Under the pieces are notes generated by a model. The model did not search any database and was not told the DNA's origin. It was given only the letters and a program-made list of their open reading frames with translations. Shown here one piece after another: positions 18,487 through 28,783 of a DNA stretch of 53,263 nt. Both the position numbers and the translations under genes were made by a program. The DNA comes from Flavobacteriales bacterium (GTDB lineage: Bacteria > Bacteroidota > Bacteroidia > Flavobacteriales_F > PHOS-HE28): NCBI GenBank assembly GCA_016787995.1, contig JAEUTB010000205.1, forward strand, positions 1 through 53,263, in the 5' to 3' direction. Each line of letters begins with the position of its first letter. Position 1 is the first letter of the stretch.

Positions 18487-19781
18487 GCCGCGCGATCCTC
18501 TGGTTCAGGAACGACCTACGCCTTGATGATAACCCGGCGTTGCAGGCCGCGATGGCCGCACATGATGAAGTGCTGCCGGTCTTCGTATTGGACCCGCGGC
18601 AACATGGGCCGGGGCCGTTGGACCTTGATCGGTCAGGTCCGTTCCGAAGGAGGTTCCTGCGTGAAGGCCTGGTGGATCTTGATCTCCAGCTCCGCTCGAA
18701 AGGAAGTGCACTGCACGTTCGTGTCGGTGATCCGGCAGAGGTGCTCGCACATTTGCAAGAGGTATGGGGTGCGGACGCCGTTCATGCGCAGCAGCTCTTC
18801 GCGTGGGAAGAACAGCTACAGGAACGTGATGTTGCAGCAGTGGCTCAGTTGCACCTGCATGCCCCGAACACCTTGCTCTTACCCGGTGATCTCCCTTTCG
18901 TGATCGAGAAATTGCCCCATGTCTTCACGGCCTTTCGGCAGCGGGTAGAACCGAACGTACCAGTGCGCGAACCACTTCCGTCACCAGCGCGGATCACTTC
19001 GCCACCGGAATGGAAGGGGCGCAAGCTGGGTGATGATGAGTTGCCAGGTGAGGCTCTTTCCGTTGATCCACGCGCCGTGCTCGACTTCCGAGGAGGTCGT
19101 GAAGCGGGGTTGGCCAGGGTGCGTCATTACTTGTGGGAGACCGGATCGCTTTCGCGGTACAAGGAGACGCGCAATGGCCTGTTGGGCGCTGACTACAGCA
19201 GCAAATTGAGCCCGTGGCTCGCGAGTGGGGCCATCGGTGCGCGCGAGGTGTGGCACGAGGTGAAACGGTATGAGGCGGAGTACGGCGCCAATGAAAGCAC
19301 CTACTGGCTGGGCTTCGAACTGCTGTGGCGCGACTTCTTCCAGTTCACGGCAGCCAAACACGGGCGTTCGGTTTTCCTTGCAGGCGGGCTTTCGAGGAAG
19401 GACCACTCAGGTGATTGGGACCTTGACCGATTCAGAACCTGGTGCACGGGCCGAACGGGTCAACCCTTCATCGACGCGAACATGCGCGAGCTGGCAGCCA
19501 CCGGTTGGATGAGTAACCGGGGCAGGCAGAACGTGGCCAGTTACCTGGTACACGATCTCGGTGTCCACTGGCGCATGGGTGCCTGGTGGTTCGAGCGCAT
19601 GCTGGTGGACTATGACCCGTGCAACAACTGGGGCAACTGGCAGTACGTGGCCGGTGTGGGTAATGATCCGCGCGAAGGACGCCGCTTCGATCCGGTGCGC
19701 CAAGCAGGAATGTATGATCCGGATGGGGCGTACGTGGCCTTATGGTCTGACGATCATGATCAGCGTACTTCCAAGACCTGA
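18483..19781 (+). CDS. DASH-family cryptochrome
   Basis: WFRNDLRLDDN, YKETRNGLLGADYSSKLSPWLA, ANESTYW, MSNRGRQNVAS, GVGNDPR. Confidence 0.93.
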   Translation: MSRAILWFRNDLRLDDNPALQAAMAAHDEVLPVFVLDPRQHGPGPLDLDRSGPFRRRFLREGLVDLDLQLRSKGSALHVRVGDPAEVLAHLQEVWGADAVHAQQLFAWEEQLQERDVAAVAQLHLHAPNTLLLPGDLPFVIEKLPHVFTAFRQRVEPNVPVREPLPSPARITSPPEWKGRKLGDDELPGEALSVDPRAVLDFRGGREAGLARVRHYLWETGSLSRYKETRNGLLGADYSSKLSPWLASGAIGAREVWHEVKRYEAEYGANESTYWLGFELLWRDFFQFTAAKHGRSVFLAGGLSRKDHSGDWDLDRFRTWCTGRTGQPFIDANMRELAATGWMSNRGRQNVASYLVHDLGVHWRMGAWWFERMLVDYDPCNNWGNWQYVAGVGNDPREGRRFDPVRQAGMYDPDGAYVALWSDDHDQRTSKT

Positions 19782-20968
19782 CCTTCTTCCACCCAGGTCT
19801 GTGGTCTTACACCGAATTGTCCGCCGGAGCCCGCAGCTACGATCTCCAGTCCTCCGATCATCGGTCGGCCGTATTCCATGGTGCGGTAGACGTAAACACC
19901 TTGGAACGCATCCTCTTCGAACGTCCAGGCGAGTGGCTGTTCGGTCATGCCAAAGGGATGGCGCGCGATCGGGATGAACACTGCACTACTAGCTGTGGAG
20001 GCCCAGACCAGTATACCGGAACTCAGACCGTTGGACAGTCGCTCGGGTGTCAAGACCTCGCCTTCTTGCAGCCGGAAGTAGTTCAATACGCCCCAGCGTT
20101 CGCGGGTCATCAGGAACTGGGTGCCCGGTAGCGGTGAGATGCCGCGGAGGAATTGCCCCTGATCGGTCATGCCATTAGCAGGTTGGATATGACCTGTGAT
20201 CACTAGGTCATCCACTTCGTCGGAGTTCAAGTTCACGCGCTCATCCGGTGGAATGCCCGATGGAACGATCACCTGCGGCTCCACCGGTCCATGCCCGAAG
20301 TCGAAGGGCGGTTCCTCGGGTTCGCGCTGCAGCACGATGAGGTCGCCTTCCTCACCATAGCCGTTCAGTACACGCACCACATACTTCGTCGCGACCACCA
20401 CCCGGCCATAAGGAAAGGGAAGCTCGAACGCGAAGGCCGCGACGCTCGTGCCGCGGTGGTTCGCGCTGCGCAACACCAGCGTGTGCCCCTCGTGATGATC
20501 GCCCGTCCCGTACCAACCGTCCTGGTCCTTCGTGATCGCCGGCCCGAACGGACGCTCCAGCAGCCAGAACTCCGTGGGATGGTCCTCATCGGTCCAGCTA
20601 AGCTGCTTGAAGTGGATGCGGGCAGCGAGCAGGGCGGTATCCAGTCGTGTGCTGTCCTCCAGCGTGTACCAGCGCTGCGTGCTGGGCGTGTTCCACATCA
20701 GGATGGCGTTGCCACTGAGCGTACGCACACCCACCAGGTGCTTGCCCAAGTAGCCGGGTTGCTCTGGGTCGGTGATGTGGATCGTTCTGTTGGTGATCAG
20801 CAGGTCCGCGATGCCATCGCCGGTCACGTCCACGTATTCATCGGGCGGTGGGCCGGGGATGATGCGCTCGTCCTGGGCCGTGACATGGAGGCCCGGGAAC
20901 AGGACGGCCAGCACCAGCAGTGCTGAACAGCGCGGCATGGACGGATGAGTACTGAATGTGCGCATCAA
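19760..20968 (-). CDS. secreted hypothetical protein with two copies of an uncharacterised domain
   Basis: signal peptide; repeats PPPDEYVDVTGDGIADLLIT and IPPDERVNLNSDEVDDLVIT; start may be 20938. Confidence 0.75.
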   Translation of the reverse strand: MMRTFSTHPSMPRCSALLVLAVLFPGLHVTAQDERIIPGPPPDEYVDVTGDGIADLLITNRTIHITDPEQPGYLGKHLVGVRTLSGNAILMWNTPSTQRWYTLEDSTRLDTALLAARIHFKQLSWTDEDHPTEFWLLERPFGPAITKDQDGWYGTGDHHEGHTLVLRSANHRGTSVAAFAFELPFPYGRVVVATKYVVRVLNGYGEEGDLIVLQREPEEPPFDFGHGPVEPQVIVPSGIPPDERVNLNSDEVDDLVITGHIQPANGMTDQGQFLRGISPLPGTQFLMTRERWGVLNYFRLQEGEVLTPERLSNGLSSGILVWASTASSAVFIPIARHPFGMTEQPLAWTFEEDAFQGVYVYRTMEYGRPMIGGLEIVAAGSGGQFGVRPQTWVEEGQVLEVR

Positions 20969-22626
20969 TGCACGACCAGTATCCGTTCGCGCAGCTGTTC
21001 GCCGTGTACGAAGTAGCTGCCTGCAGGCAAGGCGGAACAGTCCATGTTCAATGTGCTTGCCTGAGTATTCGTGCGAAGGACCTCTCGGCCCAATGCATCC
21101 AGCACACGCAGATCTCCGAGCGCATTGCCATTCGCGGCGGTGATCACGATGTACCGATCTGCAGGTACGGGAGCCGCGGACCAGGCGTGATCGCTCGGCG
21201 GAGCGGTGATGCTGGTCGTCAGGTCATCGCCCTTAACCACGAAGCTGCCATCACCGTTCAGTTGCGCCAAGGGCGCGAACGTGATGGAGTCGTTGTATCC
21301 GCCAGCCAGGTACAGTTCACCGGTTTCGCCGCAACGCAGCCGGTTCACCAGACGAGGGCCGACACCACGGTCCACGTATGCGTCGAGCACCGTACCGTCC
21401 GGGTCGAAGTGCGCCACGACCAGGCCATAAGGAAGGTCCGATCCAAGATCAGGCACCTCGAAGGTGTCGATGAAGATGTTCCGCCCGAAGTAGCCGCCGG
21501 CCCACACATGGTCGTTCGCGTCGACATCCACGGAAAGCAGTTCGTGGGTCCCGATGCTATTCCCGGCGCGGATGCCCCACATGGCGGTGCCTTGCGGATC
21601 CACCTTCCACAAGGTGATGTCGTAGGTGGTCAACGTGCCGGCGATCGGCAGGTCGATGCCATCGATCAGGTAGCCGCCTTCACGGGTGGTGGCCACGATC
21701 ACGTTCCCCTCGCCGTCCGTGGTGATGCTCTTGATCTCGTCGTAGTTGAAGCCCGCCCAGGCCTTCACCCACGCTTCTTCGCCATCCGGGGTGTACTTCA
21801 CCACGAAGGCGTCGTCGCTCTGCCCGCTGGGCATGAAGTTGGGCAGGGTGTCCGTGGCGAAGAATGCGGTATCACCCCTGAAATCACCGCCCAGGTAGAC
21901 GTTGCCCGCTGGATCCAGTGCCAGGGCGTTGCACACGGTCTGCCCGAGGCTTTGGTCGCTGGTACACTGCGGTCGTAAGGACCACAGCCCATTGCCGTTG
22001 GCATCGAGCTTCATCAAGAAGCCCTGCTCCCGGTTGTTACAGGCATCCAGTTCGGGCAGACCGGTCACCTGGAGTGCGGTCTTGTACTGGCCGGCCACAT
22101 ACAGGTCGTTGTTGGCGTCGGCCACGATCGCGCGACCCCATTCCACGCCATTGTTGGCGGTCCATCCGTAGCGCTGTGCCCACAGCGACGTGCCGTTCTC
22201 ATCATACTGCGCTACCAGGATGTCCATGGTGCCCAGCTTGTTCAATGTGGCTGATCCGAAATTGATGCTCGGACTTGCAAAATAGCCGGTAATGGTGATC
22301 CGGCCGTCTCCATCTACGGCCACATCAAAGGCCCCATCAAAGTCGGCGCCACCTGCACTGCGCATCCAAAGCGGTGTTCCGTCCGAAGTGAATTTGGCCA
22401 CGAACAGATCGCTCTGTCCAGTGCTGGCCAGTGCGGGCAGTGTACCCAGGGTCAGCGTTCCGTAGAACTCGCCGCAGACCACGGTGTTGCCTGCTGCATC
22501 CACTACCAGTCCGTTCATGGAAGGTTGGATCTCCCCGGTCAGTTGGCGCGCCCATTGCCAGTTGAATTGGGCGTTGAGCGCCAGTTGAAGCAGCAATGCG
22601 TAAAGGGAGAGTAGCGATCGGGTCAT
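20965..22626 (-). CDS. T9SS-secreted SBBP-repeat beta-propeller protein
   Basis: repeated VDxxGNxxVxG..DxFVAKxxxDGxxxW; CTD PVPA..LDALGREV..LPAGSYFV. Confidence 0.85.
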   Translation of the reverse strand: MTRSLLSLYALLLQLALNAQFNWQWARQLTGEIQPSMNGLVVDAAGNTVVCGEFYGTLTLGTLPALASTGQSDLFVAKFTSDGTPLWMRSAGGADFDGAFDVAVDGDGRITITGYFASPSINFGSATLNKLGTMDILVAQYDENGTSLWAQRYGWTANNGVEWGRAIVADANNDLYVAGQYKTALQVTGLPELDACNNREQGFLMKLDANGNGLWSLRPQCTSDQSLGQTVCNALALDPAGNVYLGGDFRGDTAFFATDTLPNFMPSGQSDDAFVVKYTPDGEEAWVKAWAGFNYDEIKSITTDGEGNVIVATTREGGYLIDGIDLPIAGTLTTYDITLWKVDPQGTAMWGIRAGNSIGTHELLSVDVDANDHVWAGGYFGRNIFIDTFEVPDLGSDLPYGLVVAHFDPDGTVLDAYVDRGVGPRLVNRLRCGETGELYLAGGYNDSITFAPLAQLNGDGSFVVKGDDLTTSITAPPSDHAWSAAPVPADRYIVITAANGNALGDLRVLDALGREVLRTNTQASTLNMDCSALPAGSYFVHGEQLRERILVVH

Positions 22627-22656
22627 GGGATAAAGGTCAGGGTTGTATCGGTGCGC

Positions 22657-23223
22657 TCATCGCACCATGAAGGGTTGATCTACCGGCAACAACGCACCGA
22701 CGCGGACCTTCACCATGTTCTTCCCCAAGGGAGGCTCAATGGTAAAGTATCCATGCCAAGTGCGATCGTTCGCCACCGTTCTGAACACGTAATGCTGGTC
22801 GTTCAGGTTGGGTGCAGTAGTGAACGGTTCCGCTTGTCCACCATACCCCCAATTGGCCACCGGTATTGAACCATCGGTGTAGTTCACCAGGGGGATCTGA
22901 AGGTCATCCTGCGGTCGGGTGGGCACGGCTCGTATGCTATCGCCCTTGCTGCATACCTTCAACCGCCACCGGCCTTGCTCATCGCGCACATTCAGGATAC
23001 TGGTGCCCGTCAGGTTCATCACATGGAGATAGCAGTTCCCCGAGCTGCTCGGCTCATCGTCCGTGCCACTGCGGAAGCCCAGTACCACCAGGTCCGGTAT
23101 GCCATCGTTCGTTAGGTCGATGCTATCATTGGGCGCGAAGCCGCAGTAGTTGCGATCGAAGTCGGGCTGTGCGGAGGTGCTGAAGCTCAGCACGAGCAGG
23201 GATGTCAGGAACAGGGCTCTCAT
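22657..23223 (-). CDS. secreted hypothetical protein, single-domain paralogue of 19760-20968
   Basis: signal peptide; APNDSIDLTNDGIPDLVV..YVFRT..G. Confidence 0.75.
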   Translation of the reverse strand: MRALFLTSLLVLSFSTSAQPDFDRNYCGFAPNDSIDLTNDGIPDLVVLGFRSGTDDEPSSSGNCYLHVMNLTGTSILNVRDEQGRWRLKVCSKGDSIRAVPTRPQDDLQIPLVNYTDGSIPVANWGYGGQAEPFTTAPNLNDQHYVFRTVANDRTWHGYFTIEPPLGKNMVKVRVGALLPVDQPFMVR

Positions 23224-23732
23224 CGCGTCTGTAGAATGATGTCCACCGGAGCGAAGTTCGGTCTTCCTTCCATGGGCGGATAGACATCCTCATCATATCG
23301 GCCACACAACGTGTATACATCGTTGTTGGAGATCGGTACCACCGTACGTCGCAGTTCACCAAGACCGCCATTGCGCTCGTCCTGCACGAGGATCGAGTAC
23401 CCGGAGTAGTCCAGGCGGGAGGAAACCACCAGTACGTAGTTATCGCCGGCGAACGGGAACTCATGGCCCTTGTACCGATCGAAGTGCGGCTGCCAGGTGC
23501 GGTCGTGCAGGATGCTGCGCCCATCGTTCGGCCGGAACCGGTTCCATTCCTGCCCATGGATCACGGCCGGCAGGTTGTTGGTGTCGAGCAGGGTGATGCG
23601 TAACCGTGGCTCCACTGTCACGCTGTTCGACCGGTGCGCGTGGACCACGATGATGGAAGCGAAGTCATAGCCGCAGTGCTGGGCGGAAAGGATCACAGGT
23701 TGGAGTACCAGAAGCACGAAGAGGATGCGCAT
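23220..23732 (-). CDS. secreted hypothetical protein
   Basis: signal peptide MRILFVLL..SAQ; 4-bp overlap with the next gene. Confidence 0.7.
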   Translation of the reverse strand: MRILFVLLVLQPVILSAQHCGYDFASIIVVHAHRSNSVTVEPRLRITLLDTNNLPAVIHGQEWNRFRPNDGRSILHDRTWQPHFDRYKGHEFPFAGDNYVLVVSSRLDYSGYSILVQDERNGGLGELRRTVVPISNNDVYTLCGRYDEDVYPPMEGRPNFAPVDIILQTR

Positions 23733-23814
23733 GATCCGCAGTACACCTTCGAACGATAATGGTTCGAACCTTTGATCAGGAAGGGTGTACTTTGAAGCAT
23801 CAACGGACTCCTCC

Positions 23815-24366
23815 ATGTCCCTGTTCCGCTGCTTTTCGCTTGCCATACTGTGTGGTGGACCGGTGTTCGTTCACGCGCAGCTCGGCACTCCGCCAAAGGG
23901 ACGCCCTGTGGTTCCGGAACCTGTGAGGCCACTTCCGGATCCAGATCCTCCTTATTGGCCGGGTGGTCTGCCGCCCTATGAGGGGCCTATCCCACCCGAG
24001 GAGCCACCAATGGAGGACGCTCCGCCTGCGCCCGTCATTCAGGACAGTATCCGCTCGGTGGTGGATAGCGCACCGTCGTTCCCCGGTGGCGAGGTCGCGC
24101 TCCGGGCCTATCTCCAGGAGAACATGGTCTATCCGGAATTGGCGTTGGAGATCGGAGCAGAGGGCAACGTACGTGTCGCGTTCGTTGTTCGGCCAGATGG
24201 CCACCTTACCGACGTTCGTGTGCCAGCGGGCGAACCTCATCCCGAACTGTACCAAGAGGCATTACGTCTAGTGAAGCGGATGCCGAACTGGATACCGGCG
24301 AGCGTGAACGGATCGAAGGTGGCTGTACATGCTTCGGTATTGGTCACGTTTTGTATCCGTGATTGA
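23815..24366 (+). CDS. TonB-family energy transducer (Pro-rich linker + TonB_C)
   Basis: Pro-rich stretch, PSFPGG..YP..EGNVRVAFVV..MPNWIPA. Confidence 0.85.
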   Translation: MSLFRCFSLAILCGGPVFVHAQLGTPPKGRPVVPEPVRPLPDPDPPYWPGGLPPYEGPIPPEEPPMEDAPPAPVIQDSIRSVVDSAPSFPGGEVALRAYLQENMVYPELALEIGAEGNVRVAFVVRPDGHLTDVRVPAGEPHPELYQEALRLVKRMPNWIPASVNGSKVAVHASVLVTFCIRD

Positions 24367-24372
24367 ACCGCC

Positions 24373-25194
24373 ATGAACACGGCGTACGCATTCCGCTTCA
24401 CCCAGCACTTGATCACCGTGATGGTCCTTTTGATCTGGGGCCCAACGAAGGCCTCCGATCGTGCGGTCCATGTTACCGGCACCGTGGCGAACATCCAGAG
24501 CTGGGAGATCCGAGGCTACTACACGGCCATGGTGGTTGCCCACACAGAGCCTCGTCGATATGGTGTGGTTTCCACGAGACCACAGCTGATGGTGGATCGG
24601 CAGACCGGACAGTTCGAGGGTGATCTCGTGTGTGAGGTGCTTCGCAACAAGCATGGTCGCTGGGTGGATATCCATCTGATCAACATGGCACCCACGTTCC
24701 AGGGGTATTCCACGATGATCATCCGTGTGCCCTATACGCGCACCATCGACCTCGGCACTTTCAACTGGAAACCCTCGCATTATCGATGGAAGGAGGGCGT
24801 GCTGGTCATCGACTCCGCCGTGCCGCGCGACACCCTGATCGGCGACCTCTTCGGCGACCACGTACGCATCAGTCCCATCAACCCGGAGCCAGGTGACAGC
24901 ATGCGCTTCGAGTTCGTGTGGAACAATAGCGGGCAACCGCACATGGCCAGGTTCGGGGACCTGTATCTGCAGGACGAGAGCAGCGGGGTGTGCGACTTCA
25001 CCTTCGCGGTGCGCACCGACACGGATGTGTTCACCGAGAGCTGGCCGCATCACGTCGTGCTCCACTTGCAAGCCAAAGTCAAGGGTCGCTACCGCTTGCG
25101 ACAGGTCGCGGCACAAGGCGAACACCTCCGCGATGTGGACTTCATGCTGAACAATGACCTTTATTTCACCGTCAATGAACGGAGCGAACCATGA
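24373..25194 (+). CDS. hypothetical secreted protein
   Basis: 273-aa ORF in an operon-like run; N-terminal hydrophobic segment. Confidence 0.65.
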   Translation: MNTAYAFRFTQHLITVMVLLIWGPTKASDRAVHVTGTVANIQSWEIRGYYTAMVVAHTEPRRYGVVSTRPQLMVDRQTGQFEGDLVCEVLRNKHGRWVDIHLINMAPTFQGYSTMIIRVPYTRTIDLGTFNWKPSHYRWKEGVLVIDSAVPRDTLIGDLFGDHVRISPINPEPGDSMRFEFVWNNSGQPHMARFGDLYLQDESSGVCDFTFAVRTDTDVFTESWPHHVVLHLQAKVKGRYRLRQVAAQGEHLRDVDFMLNNDLYFTVNERSEP

Positions 25195-25874
25195 AGATCA
25201 TGCTACCCGCACTTCTACTCCCGATCCTGGTCGCCTGCGCGAACGCTGAGGTACCCCAAAAGGAATCGTGCGACCAGGTGCCCGAAGCGTTCGTCGCATA
25301 CGTCACGCGCACCCTCTCCGACACCACCGGCCGCTTCTTCAACGACTATCCCACGCCCACGCCGCTCACCTGTGAGTTGCTCGGCATGCTTCAAGAGGAA
25401 CTGAAGGACGATAGTGTGCGCTACCACTTCGAGCACATGCACCAGCGCTACGGGGATCCGCGGGCCTTGGCAGCCTTCACGTTCATTGAACGGCATACCG
25501 ACTTCGCCCTGGCCATGGCGCTCACCACGCATTGGAACCCCGATACGCGCATCGAAGCGGTGAGGGCCGTGCACAACTACCGCCGCATACGGCCGAAGGT
25601 GTGCGCTACCAAGGAGCACTACGCGCAACTGGAGGAACAGGATCGAGCCGCCGTGCGCTGCTTCATCCGCGTGCTGGAGACTACCCCATTGAGCATTCCG
25701 GGTAGCGAGAACTCCACCATCCATGACATCTACATACGCGAGGTGATGGAAAGCCTGGACCTCTTCACCGGATACACGCATGTGCTGGAAGGTGATCAGC
25801 GGATGCGGGTGGACATGTCCGAACAGCGTTTCGAACAGGCCATGGAAGATTGGCGCAACTGGTTGAAGCAATGA
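25191..25874 (+). CDS. hypothetical lipoprotein
   Basis: lipobox LVAC; ATGA overlap with the upstream gene. Confidence 0.75.
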   Translation: MKIMLPALLLPILVACANAEVPQKESCDQVPEAFVAYVTRTLSDTTGRFFNDYPTPTPLTCELLGMLQEELKDDSVRYHFEHMHQRYGDPRALAAFTFIERHTDFALAMALTTHWNPDTRIEAVRAVHNYRRIRPKVCATKEHYAQLEEQDRAAVRCFIRVLETTPLSIPGSENSTIHDIYIREVMESLDLFTGYTHVLEGDQRMRVDMSEQRFEQAMEDWRNWLKQ

Positions 25875-26425
25875 GAGTGCTCATGCTGCTTCTGTTGCTA
25901 GGCCCAGCGTTCGCAAGTGGTCAGCCGTTCGAACATGGTCCGTCCCCAGTAGTCACGGGTTTCATCGGCCTACCCATGCAGGACCCCGATGGTTTCGCTC
26001 GCGCTTTGGAACGTGGGAGCATCCGCGCCATCGACCGCTGGATGAAGCGCGAACTGATGGCCCAAAAGCGAGGAGAGCAGCTGGACAACGGGTCCACCAC
26101 GATCACGGTGCATACGCTCACGTACAACAGCATCGTGGACTGGTTGAAGAAGCAACCCGGTGTGATCGACGCGGCGTGGGATGGATGTATGGCGAAGCCG
26201 ATGATCTGGCCTGGTCATTCGCGGATCGGGATGCGGTTCATCATGAAGGGGATCGAGCATGAACGGTGCTATCGGGTCCAAGAGGGCATTCCAGGTGTGA
26301 TCCGTCTACCGGGTTGGAGGCCTCACGTGCGCAGCGCCCGTGAACACCTGAAGTTCCTGGATGCCACGGAACATCCGGGCTTCGTTGAACAACAAAGGCA
26401 AGCGTGCAGGGAGCACCTTCGTTAG
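25871..26425 (+). CDS. hypothetical secreted protein
   Basis: signal peptide MRVLMLLLLLGPAFASGQ; ATGA overlap. Confidence 0.7.
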   Translation: MRVLMLLLLLGPAFASGQPFEHGPSPVVTGFIGLPMQDPDGFARALERGSIRAIDRWMKRELMAQKRGEQLDNGSTTITVHTLTYNSIVDWLKKQPGVIDAAWDGCMAKPMIWPGHSRIGMRFIMKGIEHERCYRVQEGIPGVIRLPGWRPHVRSAREHLKFLDATEHPGFVEQQRQACREHLR

Positions 26426-28044
26426 GCGCCGATCCTGCTCAAGGTGTCCTCCACATTCATGGCAAGTAGTTCATCGCGGAACCAGGGCTGCGCGCGCAGT
26501 TCATCCGCCACGGTGGGCACCACATCGGTGATGAAGATCTGCTTCCGTTGACGTTCCAGCTGCTGTACGATGTGCCCGATGCGATGCATCCCCGTGGCAT
26601 CCACCATCGGTACATGACGTAGCCGGATGATGATGACGTGCTGCCGATCATTGATCTCCGACAGCACATCCTGGAATTTCTGCGCTGCGCCGAAGAACAA
26701 CGGTCCGCTGACGTCGAACACCCGTACGCCAGGAGGCACGGCGATCTCGCCCTCTTCCGCCGCTCCGCCATCGGTCAACACGGGCTTAAGATCGGTGATG
26801 TCGCTCATGCGTTTCATGAAGAGGAAGGCCGCCAGCACCATGCCCACCTCGATGGCGAGAACAAGGTCGAAGACCACGGTGAGCAGAAAGGTGACCACCA
26901 GGACCAACGCATCATACCGATGACCCTTCAACGCGCTAACGAAGCTGCGCCACTCGCTCATGTTGTATGCCACCACCACAAGGATGCCTGCCAAGGCAGC
27001 GAGTGGGATACGGCCGGCCAGTGGAGCGGCCGCCAGCATGATGACAAGAAGTGTGATCGCGTGAACCATGCCCGCGATCGGCGTGCGGCCCCCGTTCTTC
27101 ACGTTGGTGGCCGTACGCGCGATGGCACCGGTGGCCGGTATACCGCCGAACAAGGCGGATAGCATGTTACCGCCGCCCTGTGCGATCAGTTCCATGTCGC
27201 TGCGGTGCCGGCCGCCGATCATGCCATCGGCCACTACCGCGCTCAGCAGCGATTCGATGGCACCGAGCAACGCGATCGCTACTGCGGGTTGGAAGAGTTC
27301 ACGGACCGTGGCAAGGTCCAGACGTGGTAGATGCGGAATAGGCAGCGTTTGAGGGATCGCACCGAAACGTCCGGCGATGGTCTCCACCGGCAGTTGAAAG
27401 CCCCAGGCCACGGCTGTACAGGCGATGATCGCGGCCAGTGGTCCAGGGATATACCGGGTGATGCGTGGAGTGAACAGCACGAGTCCGATGGACAATACGC
27501 TTACCGCCACCGCCCACGGGTTGATGCTCGTCAACTGGCCTGCGTAGGCCATCCATTGCTGAACGGCACCACTGGGCAAGTCTCCCATGCGAAGACCGAG
27601 GAGCTCCTTCACCTGGGTGGTAAGAATGATGACCGCGATACCCGCTGTGAAACCGACGATGAGGGTGTGTGGGAAGTACTTGAGCAACTTGCCCGCACGC
27701 ATCAGCCCCAGCAACACGAGCAGTATACCCGCCATGAAGGTGGCGATGACCAGGCCCTCGATCCCGTGTTGTTGAACGATGCCGTAAACGATGACGATGA
27801 AGGCGCCTGTGGGCCCACCGATCTGGACACGGCTACCTCCGAAAGCCGAGATGGCGAACCCCGCTACGATGGCGGTGATCAGCCCTTTATCGGGTGCTAC
27901 ACCGGATGCGATGGCGAAGGCGATGGCCAACGGCAAGGCAACGATGCCCACGATCATACCCGATATCACATCGGCGCGGAGCTGTGCCCGAGGAATGCCA
28001 GCTTTCCAAAGGGTGAAGAGCTTCGGGGTGAACTCGAGTCGCAC
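26422..28044 (-). CDS. sulP: SulP/SLC26 anion permease with STAS domain
   Basis: VALPLAIAFAIASG, QIGGPTGAF, AIESLLSA, ARTATNVKNGG, STAS GPLFFG..VDATG; GTG start inferred. Confidence 0.93.
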   Translation of the reverse strand: MRLEFTPKLFTLWKAGIPRAQLRADVISGMIVGIVALPLAIAFAIASGVAPDKGLITAIVAGFAISAFGGSRVQIGGPTGAFIVIVYGIVQQHGIEGLVIATFMAGILLVLLGLMRAGKLLKYFPHTLIVGFTAGIAVIILTTQVKELLGLRMGDLPSGAVQQWMAYAGQLTSINPWAVAVSVLSIGLVLFTPRITRYIPGPLAAIIACTAVAWGFQLPVETIAGRFGAIPQTLPIPHLPRLDLATVRELFQPAVAIALLGAIESLLSAVVADGMIGGRHRSDMELIAQGGGNMLSALFGGIPATGAIARTATNVKNGGRTPIAGMVHAITLLVIMLAAAPLAGRIPLAALAGILVVVAYNMSEWRSFVSALKGHRYDALVLVVTFLLTVVFDLVLAIEVGMVLAAFLFMKRMSDITDLKPVLTDGGAAEEGEIAVPPGVRVFDVSGPLFFGAAQKFQDVLSEINDRQHVIIIRLRHVPMVDATGMHRIGHIVQQLERQRKQIFITDVVPTVADELRAQPWFRDELLAMNVEDTLSRIGA

Positions 28045-28117
28045 GGTGGACAAAGGAACGAAAGCTCCCTCACTGCTCCCGATCAGGCATTCGTACACAT
28101 GCGGATGCTAGGCGCGT

Positions 28118-28783
28118 TCACCTCACCACGCTCATTTTCAAACGACCTGTATCCCAAACCAGCGTATAGATCCCGCTGGCGTTACCGATCTCGACATGCT
28201 CCTGCTTCACCCCTTCGGCCATGGTCCATCGGCGTACGAGACGTCCAGATGCATCACGAAGTTCGAACGGCATGGCATGATCAGGGCTGTCACGGGTGAT
28301 GGTGAAATGTCCGTTGTTCGGATTCGGGAACGCGAGCACATGGAGTGCGGCCGATGGTAAGTACACCGCCACCATCGGGCTTGTTCGATGCGTGCCGTCG
28401 TGGTCCATTTGGATCAGGCGGTAATAGCTGGTCCCTGAGTATGGTGCGTGATCAAGCAGATCGTAATGCCGTGTGATGTGGCTGTTGCCCGCACCGGGTA
28501 CAGTGCCCACGGGCTCGAAGGCTATCCCATCAATACTGCGTTCCACGGTGAAGAAGGCATTGTCGATCTCCACAGCGGTGGTCCACGTGCACAGGATCTC
28601 GCGCCTATCGGTAGGCACTGCATCGAAATAGATCAGTTCCACCGGTAAGGGTGATGCTTCGTAGGCCAGCGCCCAGATGTGCTCATTACCAGGGGCGGTG
28701 GCATCGGTGAAGAGTACATTCGGTACGAGCACTTCGCGGACGCCCGGGTTCGATTGACCGGGTAGGGCGGGGTTCTGCCAGGT
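28118..28783 (-). pseudogene. 5'-truncated T9SS cargo gene (LPVEL..F.VERS module + CTD only)
   Basis: PLPVELIYF..WTTAVEIDN..VERS..YYRLIQMD..FPNP; the frame stays open upstream of GTG 28732 (TWQNPALPGQSNP) with no signal peptide. Confidence 0.65.

Noticed and set aside
27331-28299. Long antisense ORFs (here and e.g. 9100-10134, 20956-21978, 44033-44962)
   Set aside because: Shadow frames of well-supported genes in GC-rich DNA
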